From Lachnospiraceae bacterium (GTDB lineage Bacteria; Bacillota; Clostridia; Lachnospirales; Lachnospiraceae), in contig SVFJ01000006.1 in NCBI GenBank assembly GCA_015056925.1, positions 3,253 through 67,252 of the forward strand: 64,000 nt of DNA, written 5' to 3'. Positions 18,364 to 27,778 of the stretch are shown here, piece by piece. Numbering within the stretch: the first letter of the stretch is position 1; every line of letters begins with the position of its first letter. A program made the position numbers and the translations under genes. Below the pieces are notes generated by a model, which saw only the letters and a program-made list of their open reading frames with translations, was not told the DNA's origin and did not search any database.

Positions 18364-21195
18364 ATGAAGGTAAGGGATATGATGAGGAAAGGCAAGAAGC
18401 TAACTGCAGTACTGGCTGCGATTTCCATGATGTTTTCTGTGACGGCATGCGCAAGTAGTGAACCTACAGTGCATGTAAGTGATGTGGTCGAAGAAACAGT
18501 GGCTGTTGAGAGCGTTACAGAGGAGAGCAAGGCTGTAGAGGTGTCACAGAAGGTAGAGTTTGAAAGAGAAGCTGAGAACACTGTATCGGCATATGATACG
18601 GTGAAGACGGATTATACGTTGAATATTAATGCCTCTGAACAGCTTCACGATATCAGTGATTTGCTTATGGGAATTTTTATTGAGGATATCAACTTTGCAG
18701 CAGATGGTGGTTTGTATGCTGAGAAGATAGTGAATCGTTCCTTTGAATTTACGGAGATTGCCAAGGGTGACCAGATGTATGGCTGGCAGACAGTGGGTGA
18801 AGTGGAAGCATTTGTTGTGCTTGATGATGAGGAAGGTGCGTTAAACGAAAATAATATCAATTATTTGGTAATGAATAATGCAACAAGTGATAAAGCAGGT
18901 GTTGCGAATGTTGGATTCTTGGATGGAATATCTGTTGAAGAGGGCAAAAGCTATGATTTTAGTATCTGGGCAAAGGCACTGAAAGAATATAAAGGTGATG
19001 TAACTGTTAGGCTGGTAGCGGGAGAAGAGGTTGCTGGAGAAACAGTAATTTCGGGAATCACAAAGGACTGGGCGAAGTATGAGGCAACTCTTGAGTGCAG
19101 TATGACTGCTAATAAGAATGTAAAGCTTCAGGTATTGATGGAGGATGGAAGTATTGCCATAGATATGGTATCGCTCTTCCCACAGGATACCTATAAGAAT
19201 AGAAAGAATGGTCTGAGAAGTGATTTGGCTAAAATGTTGGAAGAGCTAGAGCCGTCCTTTTTGCGATTCCCTGGTGGATGTGTTATTGAAGGATATGATT
19301 ATGAGACCATGTACAACTGGAAGGATTCCATTGGTGTAGGACGTGACGGTGAGCCGTTGCTTTTTCATGATACCTACGGTGATGTAGCAGCCAGAAAGCA
19401 GGGCACGAATATTTGGACAAATATCAGATTGAAGGATGACCCGATGCCGGCTTATATGACGTATGGATTAGGTTTTTATGAGTATTTCCTGCTGGCAGAG
19501 GATATCGGCGCAATCGGTGTACCTGTATTGAACTGTGGTCTCTATTGTCAGGTAAGAGGTGGTGAGGCAGTACCTGTAGGAAGTGAAGAGTTCCAAGGCT
19601 TTATTCAGGATGCATTGGATTTGGTAGAGTTCTGCCGAGGCGGCGCAGATACGAAGTGGGGCGCAGTTCGTACAGCAATGGGACACGAGGAACCATTTGA
19701 ATTAAAATATATCGGCATTGGTAATGAGAACTGGGGCAATCAGTACTATTTGAGATATTCTCTTTTTGTAGAGGCATTTGAAGAGGCTGCAAAGGAGAAT
19801 CCAGAGCTGTTTGAGGGAATCGAGCTGATGTATTCGGCAGGAACAGATGATGCGACAAGTGGTGCAGACAATTATAAGTCATATCAGTATGCAGAGGAAT
19901 GGTTAGAGGAGCATGAGGACAAGAATATTTTAGACTTTGCGGGTGCTACGGACCATCATTATTACAATACACCAGAGTGGTTTTTACAGAATACAGATTA
20001 CTACGATGAGGAAAATTATAGCAGAGAAAGTCTGACAGACACGGTATATGGTGGTGGTATTAATGTCTTTGTTGGCGAGTATGCAGCGAAGTCTAATACA
20101 CTGAAAGCTGCATTGGCAGAGGCTGCATATATGACAGGTATCGAGAGAAATGGTGATATTATCAGAATGGCAGCGTATGCACCATTGTTTGGAAATACGA
20201 CAGCAATGCATTGGGCACCAGACCTTATATGGTTTAATAATCACCAGTGTACAGGCTCGATTAACTACTATATGCAGAAGCTGTTTTCAACTAATGTAGG
20301 TACAGCAGTGTTGGATACAGAATTTGTTGGTGCAGAGGCAACGCTGGAGGCGCCAAAGGGAATGATAGGTGTTGGTACATGGAACACTACTGCAAAGTTT
20401 GATAATATCAAGATTGTATCTAATGAGACAGGAGAAGTCTTAGGTGAGCAGAGCTTTGATACAGATACTTTTAGAACAGAGTGGGATGATGTGGCAGACG
20501 GTGATTTCTCTGTAGAGGATGGTCAGCTGGTACAGTGGAGCAATTCTACAAGTGCGACGACAACAGGAACGGTAGCTTACTATGGTGAGACAGACTGGTC
20601 AAACTATACATATACAGTGGAAGCTACCAAGACAGCTGGTGCAGAAGGCTTCCTGATTCCTTTTGTAGTGCAGGGAGAGGATGACCATTACTTCTGGAAT
20701 ATCGGTGGTTGGAACAATACAGTATCCTGCTTGCAGCAGGTATCATCGGGGGCAAAGAGCGACCAGGTGGCAGGTACTGTGAAGAATTGCAGGATCAAAT
20801 CAGGTCAAACCTATGAGTTGAAGGTGGTTGTAACAGATACGAATGTGAAATGCTACATTGATGATAAGCTTTATGTGGATTATGACTTTGCGACTTCGGC
20901 AGGCTATGAGGCATATCAGGTGGTAAGCACAGATAAAAATGGAGATATTATCATCAAGCTTGTTAATGTGACGGATGAGGACAGAACCTTTGCGATTGAC
21001 CTTAAGGGGGCTGACAAAGTGAAGTCTGAGGCAGTCGTAAATCAGGTAAAGGGCGATTCTCTTACCAATGACAATGTCCTTGGTGCAAAGGAGGATTGTA
21101 TGATGGAGGAATTCATGGTTGAAGGCATAAGTGAACGATTCAATTATACCGTGCCGCAATATTCGGCTACCGTGATAAGAGTTGAGATGGAATAG
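18364..21195 (+). CDS. Alpha-L-arabinofuranosidase-like glycoside hydrolase (GH51-like core with flanking carbohydrate-binding modules), lipoprotein
   Basis: ATG 18364 follows AAGGAG. Lipobox MFSVTAC. The N-terminal CBM-like region has NRSFEF...GW. The core has LRFPGGCVIEGYDY, IGIGNENWG and VGEYAA motifs resembling GH51. A C-terminal beta-sandwich-like module follows. Confidence 0.7.
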   Translation: MKVRDMMRKGKKLTAVLAAISMMFSVTACASSEPTVHVSDVVEETVAVESVTEESKAVEVSQKVEFEREAENTVSAYDTVKTDYTLNINASEQLHDISDLLMGIFIEDINFAADGGLYAEKIVNRSFEFTEIAKGDQMYGWQTVGEVEAFVVLDDEEGALNENNINYLVMNNATSDKAGVANVGFLDGISVEEGKSYDFSIWAKALKEYKGDVTVRLVAGEEVAGETVISGITKDWAKYEATLECSMTANKNVKLQVLMEDGSIAIDMVSLFPQDTYKNRKNGLRSDLAKMLEELEPSFLRFPGGCVIEGYDYETMYNWKDSIGVGRDGEPLLFHDTYGDVAARKQGTNIWTNIRLKDDPMPAYMTYGLGFYEYFLLAEDIGAIGVPVLNCGLYCQVRGGEAVPVGSEEFQGFIQDALDLVEFCRGGADTKWGAVRTAMGHEEPFELKYIGIGNENWGNQYYLRYSLFVEAFEEAAKENPELFEGIELMYSAGTDDATSGADNYKSYQYAEEWLEEHEDKNILDFAGATDHHYYNTPEWFLQNTDYYDEENYSRESLTDTVYGGGINVFVGEYAAKSNTLKAALAEAAYMTGIERNGDIIRMAAYAPLFGNTTAMHWAPDLIWFNNHQCTGSINYYMQKLFSTNVGTAVLDTEFVGAEATLEAPKGMIGVGTWNTTAKFDNIKIVSNETGEVLGEQSFDTDTFRTEWDDVADGDFSVEDGQLVQWSNSTSATTTGTVAYYGETDWSNYTYTVEATKTAGAEGFLIPFVVQGEDDHYFWNIGGWNNTVSCLQQVSSGAKSDQVAGTVKNCRIKSGQTYELKVVVTDTNVKCYIDDKLYVDYDFATSAGYEAYQVVSTDKNGDIIIKLVNVTDEDRTFAIDLKGADKVKSEAVVNQVKGDSLTNDNVLGAKEDCMMEEFMVEGISERFNYTVPQYSATVIRVEME

Positions 21196-21279
21196 ATGGT
21201 ATATAAGTGATTTCTGTCAAAAAAATGTCAATAAATAAAAAACTATCTTGTTACTTTGAGTAAAATAAAGTATGATTAT

Positions 21280-21315
21280 GTAGTGGTTTGTCACAGTGAC
21301 TAACCACTACTTTTC
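21280..21315 (+). terminator. Probable terminator
   Basis: gtagtggtt (21280-21288) / aaccactac (21302-21310) followed by tttt. Confidence 0.5.
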
Positions 21316-21340
21316 ACTTTAGTAAAGAGGTAAATAGTGT

Positions 21341-23140
21341 ATGGATTCGATTTTAATGATTATTAAGCTTCTTGGTGGTCTTGCCATGTTTTTATATGGT
21401 ATGGAGATAATGGGAGACGGCCTTAAGCAGGGGTCTGGCAACACTTTGAAAAATGTGTTAGGGAAATTGACACAGAATGTGTTTCTTGGACTTTTGACAG
21501 GTACTTTGGTAACGGCGATTATTCAGAGTTCGACAGCTACCATTGTATTGACAGTTGGTTTGATTGGCGCAGGTATTTTAAATCTTCGTCAGGCAGTTAG
21601 TATTGTTCTTGGTGCTAATATCGGTACGACAGTAACAGCGCAGATTATTCGTTTGATGGATATTGATTCCTCCGGTGGTTCTATTCTTACGTTTTTTAAG
21701 CCTGATACACTTGCACCGATTGCGCTTATTATTGGAATCATCTGTGTGATGTTTATCAAGAAGGAAACCAGTAAGAATGTAGGAATGATTGCATTAGGCT
21801 TTGGTATTCTCTTCATGGGCCTTTTAGGCATGACTGATGCAGTAGAGCCGCTTTCCGATTCACCGGAATTTGCTAACTTACTTGGATTCTTTTCTGATAT
21901 GCCATTGCTTGGTATTTTAACAGGTCTTGTGCTTACCGTGATTGTGCAGAGTTCTTCTGCTATGGTTGGTATTTTGCAGGCACTTTCCTCTACAGGAGTT
22001 ATGACCTTTGATCTTGTATATCCTATTATTATGGGTATTAACTTAGGTACTTGTGTAACTACAGCACTTGTTTGCTCTATCGGTTCATCAAAGGATGCAA
22101 AGCGTACAGGTATCGTACATATTGTATTTAATACGATTGGAACCATATTATTTATGATTGTGATGACCATATTGCGCAATGTTGGATTTATGCCTGATTT
22201 ATGGGAAGGCGTGGTTGACAGCGGTGTTATTGCGAATTTCCAGACAGTCTTTAATTTGGTGACAGCGATTGCACTTCTTCCATTTACAGGACTTCTTGTA
22301 AAGATTGCCTGTGCCTTTGTTAAGGATGATGAAGAGGAAGCTGTAGATAAGTATCCTGAGCTTGCAGCACTGGATTCTAAGCTAATGATGACGCCTCCGC
22401 TTGCACTTGCTGAGGCAACTAAGCTTGCAGTGAATATGGCACAGATTGCGCAGAAGAATATTGAGCGCAGCTTAAAGCAGTTCAAGGAATATGATGAGGA
22501 AAGAGCAACGAAAATATATGCTGCCGAAGATAAGATAGATTGCTTTACTGATAGAACAGATCATTATCTGATTGAATTATCAAGTCACATAAAGAATGCG
22601 AGTGATAAGCGTCAGCATAGTATGTTGATGCAATGTATCAGAGATATTGAGCGAATCGGTGACTATGCAACAAACTTTGATGAGTTGGCTAAGAAGAAGG
22701 CTGACACAGATGTGAAGTTTTCTAAGATAGCGAAGAAAGAGCTTGCTGTTATCAATGATGCAATCGATGAGATTATGCGTCTAACGATTGAGGCGATGAC
22801 GGATGAGAATGATTATATCGCAAGACGTATTGAGCCTTTAGAAGAAGTAATAGATGATATGGTATTGCTTCTTAAGAATCGTCATACAGACAGATTATGC
22901 GAGGGTGTTTGTTCTATCAATGCCGGACTTATCTTTATGGATGTCTTGACATACTTGGAGCGTACAGCAGACCAGTGCTCTAATATTGCGATGTTCTTAC
23001 TTGGTAAGAATAACGATGAGATTTCACAGAATCATCATCTGTATATGCAGGAGCTGCATGCTTCAACAGACCAGTCTTATCTGGCAGAGCAGGAGAACCG
23101 CAGAGCACAGTATCTGACACCGATTAAGAATTTGAAATAA
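21341..23140 (+). CDS. Na/Pi cotransporter family protein with C-terminal PhoU-like domain
   Basis: Duplicated NaPi-II type membrane repeats (QSSTATIVLTVGL / QSSSAMVGILQAL) and a helical PhoU-like C-terminal half. Confidence 0.85.
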   Translation: MDSILMIIKLLGGLAMFLYGMEIMGDGLKQGSGNTLKNVLGKLTQNVFLGLLTGTLVTAIIQSSTATIVLTVGLIGAGILNLRQAVSIVLGANIGTTVTAQIIRLMDIDSSGGSILTFFKPDTLAPIALIIGIICVMFIKKETSKNVGMIALGFGILFMGLLGMTDAVEPLSDSPEFANLLGFFSDMPLLGILTGLVLTVIVQSSSAMVGILQALSSTGVMTFDLVYPIIMGINLGTCVTTALVCSIGSSKDAKRTGIVHIVFNTIGTILFMIVMTILRNVGFMPDLWEGVVDSGVIANFQTVFNLVTAIALLPFTGLLVKIACAFVKDDEEEAVDKYPELAALDSKLMMTPPLALAEATKLAVNMAQIAQKNIERSLKQFKEYDEERATKIYAAEDKIDCFTDRTDHYLIELSSHIKNASDKRQHSMLMQCIRDIERIGDYATNFDELAKKKADTDVKFSKIAKKELAVINDAIDEIMRLTIEAMTDENDYIARRIEPLEEVIDDMVLLLKNRHTDRLCEGVCSINAGLIFMDVLTYLERTADQCSNIAMFLLGKNNDEISQNHHLYMQELHASTDQSYLAEQENRRAQYLTPIKNLK

Positions 23141-23150
23141 GATATTTGAA

Positions 23151-23195
23151 AGAAACCAAGGTAAGTGAATGGGCTTACGTTTGGTTTCTTTTTTG
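23151..23195 (+). terminator. Rho-independent terminator
   Basis: agaaaccaa (23151-23159) / ttggtttct (23181-23189) followed by a T-run. Confidence 0.6.
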
Positions 23196-23242
23196 TATGG
23201 GCTTTAGCCTGTTGGAGCTTTTTAGTATAGTTTAGAAGAAAC

Positions 23243-24163
23243 TTAAAGCTTGCGAATGGGCTTTCCGTCATATGAAGAATAGGAAAGAGGATTCTTTCTA
23301 TATGCGGCAGGAGAAATACCAAGTTTTGCAGTAAATTGCCGTATGAAATAGGAGTCATATTTAAAACCGCAGTTGTCTGCAATTTCCGAGATTTTCATGT
23401 TTGTATTGGATAGCAGCTCCTGAGAAATTTTTAGTCGATAGTTTAAAAGATATTCCATACAGGTGTAGGAAAACTGTTCCTTAAATCGCTGATTCAAAGA
23501 AGTTCTGTTCAAATTAACAAGTTCACATAGCTCGCTAAGTGTTATGTTTTCAGCATAATGGCTATGAATATATTCGGCACATAGTGTTGCGGGATTATGG
23601 TTTTCAGGCATCTCAAACATTTTCAACTTACGTTGGTCTGCATAAATATCGAATATATAAGTAATAAGCTGACGTAGCATTCTTCTAATACGACATGTCC
23701 AAAAACCGTCACTTTGAGAAAAGGTTTCAGCGCCTATCATTAGCATGAGCTCATTGATATGGATGTAGTTCTGCGGTGTGAGAGACAAAATTCCTTGAAA
23801 ATGTTCATGATGCTTCGTGAACATGTATAGCTTAATTCGGTCATAGGTATATTCCGGTTCGATTTCAATTGAATCTTCAAGGTTATCAAAGCAAAGACAA
23901 GCCTTAATATACCAAGGGTCAAAGTGAAAGGATTTTGCACTGAGATTCTCGGAATAAATCAGATCAATCGTATCGTTTGGGGACAGACACAAAACACAAG
24001 GTGAATGTAACAGGCGTATATGATTGTTGATTTTGATGGTAGCATTTCCGCAAGTAAGCAAAACAATAGAGCAACGGGCGTCGCGTGGCAAAGCTGTAAG
24101 TGTATCATAAAATTCAAATTCGATAGGGATGCTGCGTTCCTTGTGTCTGTCTTGTTGAGGCAT
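23243..24163 (-). CDS. AraC-family transcriptional regulator
   Basis: C-terminal double HTH (ITLSELCELVNLNRTSLNQRFK...ISEIADNCGFKYDSYFIRQFTAKLGISPAAYRK). Start set at ATG 24163 (MPQQDRH) with AAAAGGAGAA upstream; the longer track ORF runs into the neighbouring promoter. Confidence 0.8.
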   Translation of the reverse strand: MPQQDRHKERSIPIEFEFYDTLTALPRDARCSIVLLTCGNATIKINNHIRLLHSPCVLCLSPNDTIDLIYSENLSAKSFHFDPWYIKACLCFDNLEDSIEIEPEYTYDRIKLYMFTKHHEHFQGILSLTPQNYIHINELMLMIGAETFSQSDGFWTCRIRRMLRQLITYIFDIYADQRKLKMFEMPENHNPATLCAEYIHSHYAENITLSELCELVNLNRTSLNQRFKEQFSYTCMEYLLNYRLKISQELLSNTNMKISEIADNCGFKYDSYFIRQFTAKLGISPAAYRKNPLSYSSYDGKPIRKL

Positions 24164-24324
24164 ATTTATTCTCCTTTTTGCAGTATTAAATTTCATTATT
24201 TGCAATTTTGAACTAGCTAATGTTGCAAAAAGTATATGAAAAGCATGTATTTTTGCAATTGTTATAGAAAAAGCAAGTTGATAAACTGTAAAAAGTATAA
24301 CAAATAATGAAGGAGATGTACAGT

Positions 24325-25974
24325 ATGAGAAGACTAATAATTTATGCAAAATCCTATTGGGGGCATATTGTGTTTACTGCTTTGGCAAGCGTAGGTTGTT
24401 CCTTAACAAACGTATGGGTGATAGATATTCTGAAGCAGCTAATCGACCAAGCGGTCGTAGGAGCACTTGGTGGAGAATTGATGGGACTTATTGTGAGGGT
24501 ACTATTGGTAATTATGATAGGAATGCTTGCAAATTATTGCGTAGTGTGGTTAACAGGGGTATTTGGGGCAGGTATATTAAGAGATTTGCGACGGGATTTC
24601 ATTAATCATATTGTGAAATTTTCACCTGATTTTATTGAGAAAAATAATTTTGGGGACGTGATAGAAAGGATGTCTTCGGATGTAGAAGGGATAGCAGGCT
24701 ATATGAAGACATATTTTAAGGACTGCTTATATGTACCGATTGCGGTGACAGTATTTACAATTTATCTGATACTTATAAATCCTGTACTTGCTATTGTGTG
24801 TCTTGGACCTTTGGCGGTTATGGTGCCCTTGAGTATTAAGCTTCTGAAACCGGTTAAAATAGCACAGGCGGAATATGTAAAGCAGTTGGGATTAACAAAT
24901 AACCATATACAGGAGGCTTTTGATGGTGCAGATGTAATAAAGTCATATAATCTGCAAAAGAAAATGAAGAATCGGTATACAAAAGCATTAAAGAAAACCT
25001 TTGATATTTCTAATCATAATGATTTGTGGCAGTACAACATAGAGCCGCTTTCCTGCCTAATCAGAGAGGCTCCGAGGGCGATAGCGTTATGTTTTGGAGG
25101 ATACCTTGCGTTGAAGGGAGAGGTGACATTGGGAATGTTGGTGGCATTTATTAGCGGAATAGGAAAGGTAAATGAACCGTTGGTAGATGCCTATCAGTTG
25201 GTGGTCAGAACGCAGATGGCGCTGATATCAGTAAAAAGAGTGTTTGAAATCTTGGAAATGCCGATAGAGGATGAAGATAGTGCAAATTGTGATGTGGACA
25301 TGGAATGTAAAAAGGTTTTTGAATTTCGAGATGTATCTTTTTCGTATTCAGGATATGAAGAAACAAATAAGGTGATATTGAAAGATCTTAACCTGACGGT
25401 TGGAAAGGGAAAACGAATTGCACTTGTAGGGCAAAGTGGATGCGGTAAGAGTACTATTATAAAATTAATGTGCAGGCAATATGAGGTTATGCAAGGAGAG
25501 ATTTTATTTTATGGAAAAAATCTTTTGGAAGTTTGTCCTGTGTTTGTGAGGAGTCATATTGCACTTATTTCACAGGATATAGTCTTATTTCCCATGAGTG
25601 TGTTGGATAATATAAGAATTGGAAGACCGGAAGCAAGCCATGAGGAAATCATGGATGCGGCTAGGAAAGCGGGCTGTGATATGTTTGTGAGTGAATTGCC
25701 ACAGGGATACGATACTGTATTGGAAGAAAAGGGGAACAATTTGTCGGGAGGGCAGAGACAACGGCTTTGCATTGCAAGAGCGATTCTGAAGGATGCGCCA
25801 ATACTTTTGCTGGATGAGCCGACATCAGCACTGGATATTGAGACTGAAGAATATGTAAGTAAGATGCTTTCGGAGATTTCGAGGGATAAAACAGTTGTAA
25901 CTGTGGCGCATCGACTATCTACCATTGCAGATTATGATGAGATTATTGAGGTGCAAGGAGGGACTGTGTTATGA
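24325..25974 (+). CDS. ABC exporter, fused permease/ATPase (subunit 1 of a probable heterodimer)
   Basis: TMD plus Walker A GQSGCGKST, signature LSGGQRQR, Walker B LLDEPTS. ATG 24325 follows AAGGAG. Confidence 0.85.
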   Translation: MRRLIIYAKSYWGHIVFTALASVGCSLTNVWVIDILKQLIDQAVVGALGGELMGLIVRVLLVIMIGMLANYCVVWLTGVFGAGILRDLRRDFINHIVKFSPDFIEKNNFGDVIERMSSDVEGIAGYMKTYFKDCLYVPIAVTVFTIYLILINPVLAIVCLGPLAVMVPLSIKLLKPVKIAQAEYVKQLGLTNNHIQEAFDGADVIKSYNLQKKMKNRYTKALKKTFDISNHNDLWQYNIEPLSCLIREAPRAIALCFGGYLALKGEVTLGMLVAFISGIGKVNEPLVDAYQLVVRTQMALISVKRVFEILEMPIEDEDSANCDVDMECKKVFEFRDVSFSYSGYEETNKVILKDLNLTVGKGKRIALVGQSGCGKSTIIKLMCRQYEVMQGEILFYGKNLLEVCPVFVRSHIALISQDIVLFPMSVLDNIRIGRPEASHEEIMDAARKAGCDMFVSELPQGYDTVLEEKGNNLSGGQRQRLCIARAILKDAPILLLDEPTSALDIETEEYVSKMLSEISRDKTVVTVAHRLSTIADYDEIIEVQGGTVL

Positions 25975-27602
25975 AGGAGTTAAAAAGATATCTTTCTTAT
26001 ATAGGAAAATATAAGGTACTGTATTGGAGTATTTTTGTGTTTACATTAATTACATCAGTTCTGTTGAATCTGCTGTATCCGTATATGAACAAGTTAATAT
26101 TTAATGCATTGGAATATAACGATAGGAGGTTATTCGGAAAAGCGGTTAGTATTTGTTTCTTGTTGGTTCTGCTGAATTGTCTGGCACCATACAGAAGATA
26201 TTTTCAGATTAAAGTGGTACGAAAAATTGTATTTGATATCAAAATCAGACTGTTTGAGAAACTGATGAAAATGAATATGAAGTATTACGATATGCATCAT
26301 AGCGGAGAGGCTCTTAAGACTTTGAACGTGGATGCAAATTCTCTTAAGGATTCATATTTCTCGCATATATACTGGGTGTTTGGACGGCTGTTAAATGGAG
26401 TAGCCTCAATGATAGCGATGCTGATATACAGCCCTAATTTGACACTGGTATCGGTGAGCTTTTGCATGGTAACTGTATTTGTTTCCATGCAGATAAATAA
26501 GCAGATAAAGCGGATGGATAAGGAAATACAAAATAAGATAACAAAGCTTACAACGCAGATAAGTGATATTTTATCAGGATTTACGATAATAAAAATGTAC
26601 AGTGGAGCTTTCATAGTTCTAGAGCATTTTCAAAAAGAAAATGAACAGGTGACCAATGAAGAGCGGGAAAGAGTCAGAAAGTCGGCATTGCTTGAGATGG
26701 TAGCATTTGTACTGGGGATTCTTGCAAGCTTTGGAACAATAGGTGTCGGTGCATATATGGTGGCTTGCGACAGGTTGGACTATGGAACAGTAATGGCGAT
26801 TGTATCCTTGCAAATGAATGTCAGTATGCTGATGCAGAAGTTCGGCTCTGCGCTGGCAACCTTTTCATCGTCTTTGGTGAAAGCGGGGAGAGTCTTTGAT
26901 TTTCTGGAATTAGAATGTGAGGAGGCAGAGCAGATAGAGGTAGTTAAAGTAGAGACTGACGAAATGCCGATACGGGTGGAAAAGCTGAGATTCTCTTATG
27001 ATGGAGTTTGCGAGGCGCTTAGAGATTTTTCTATCAAGGTCGGGGAGAATGAAAAGATTATGATAATGGGAGAGTCGGGTTGTGGTAAAAGTACATTATT
27101 GAAGCTGATTATGGGCTTTTATCCAATGGCGGAAGGTGAGATGAAGTTATACGGGCATGATGTAAGCGAGTATCCGTTAGGAAAACTTAGAGAGTTGATT
27201 ACATATATCCCTCAGAACAGCTATCTTTTTGAAGGAACAATTCGAGAAAATATTGCATACGGATGCAGTGGAGACGCACCTGTATCAGATGAGGATATAC
27301 GCAGGGCAGCAAAACAGGCTTATGCGGAGGAGTTTATAGACAAACTGCCACAAGGGTATGATACGCACTTGGGTGCAGGAGGTAGTAATCTGTCCGGCGG
27401 ACAAAGGCAGCGTATTGCGATTGCTCGAGCGTTCTTGAAGAATTCACCGATACTGCTCATGGATGAACCGTCATCAGCACTGGATACCCATAGTGAGAAA
27501 ATGCTGCGTCAGGCGATGGAAGAACTGACAAGGGATAAGATTGTACTGATGGTAACGCATAGAGAAAGTGCGGGAGAAGGATGGAGAGTAGTGAGGATGT
27601 AG
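25971..27602 (+). CDS. ABC exporter, fused permease/ATPase (subunit 2)
   Basis: 4-bp overlap with the upstream gene. Walker A GESGCGKST, LSGGQRQR, LMDEPSS. Confidence 0.85.
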   Translation: MKELKRYLSYIGKYKVLYWSIFVFTLITSVLLNLLYPYMNKLIFNALEYNDRRLFGKAVSICFLLVLLNCLAPYRRYFQIKVVRKIVFDIKIRLFEKLMKMNMKYYDMHHSGEALKTLNVDANSLKDSYFSHIYWVFGRLLNGVASMIAMLIYSPNLTLVSVSFCMVTVFVSMQINKQIKRMDKEIQNKITKLTTQISDILSGFTIIKMYSGAFIVLEHFQKENEQVTNEERERVRKSALLEMVAFVLGILASFGTIGVGAYMVACDRLDYGTVMAIVSLQMNVSMLMQKFGSALATFSSSLVKAGRVFDFLELECEEAEQIEVVKVETDEMPIRVEKLRFSYDGVCEALRDFSIKVGENEKIMIMGESGCGKSTLLKLIMGFYPMAEGEMKLYGHDVSEYPLGKLRELITYIPQNSYLFEGTIRENIAYGCSGDAPVSDEDIRRAAKQAYAEEFIDKLPQGYDTHLGAGGSNLSGGQRQRIAIARAFLKNSPILLMDEPSSALDTHSEKMLRQAMEELTRDKIVLMVTHRESAGEGWRVVRM

Positions 27603-27637
27603 AGGGATTGAGCTTATAGAATAAAAGGGGAGAATAG

Positions 27638-27670
27638 CCTTATCGGCGAGTGATGCCGATAAGGTTTTTT
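27638..27670 (+). terminator. Rho-independent terminator; left edge of the accessory island
   Basis: ccttatcggc-gagtgat-gccgataagg followed by T6. Confidence 0.7.
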
Positions 27671-27778
27671 GAGATGGGAGGAACTATAGTTCTATTTAAT
27701 AGAGGGAAGGAATGGGGTAGAATATATAGTAGGAATAGAATGTTATATGCAAAGAAAAGTTTGGAGTGATTAATTGCT

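Noticed and set aside
21589-22485. 298-aa minus-strand ORF
   Set aside because: It lies entirely antisense within the Na/Pi cotransporter gene, whose duplicated QSS(T/S)A membrane motifs identify the plus-strand frame as real.
24164-24349. N-terminal 62-aa extension of the AraC ORF overlapping the ABC exporter start
   Set aside because: The hydrophobic junk-like sequence has no RBS. ATG 24163 has AAAAGGAGAA upstream and gives a normal-length AraC protein.
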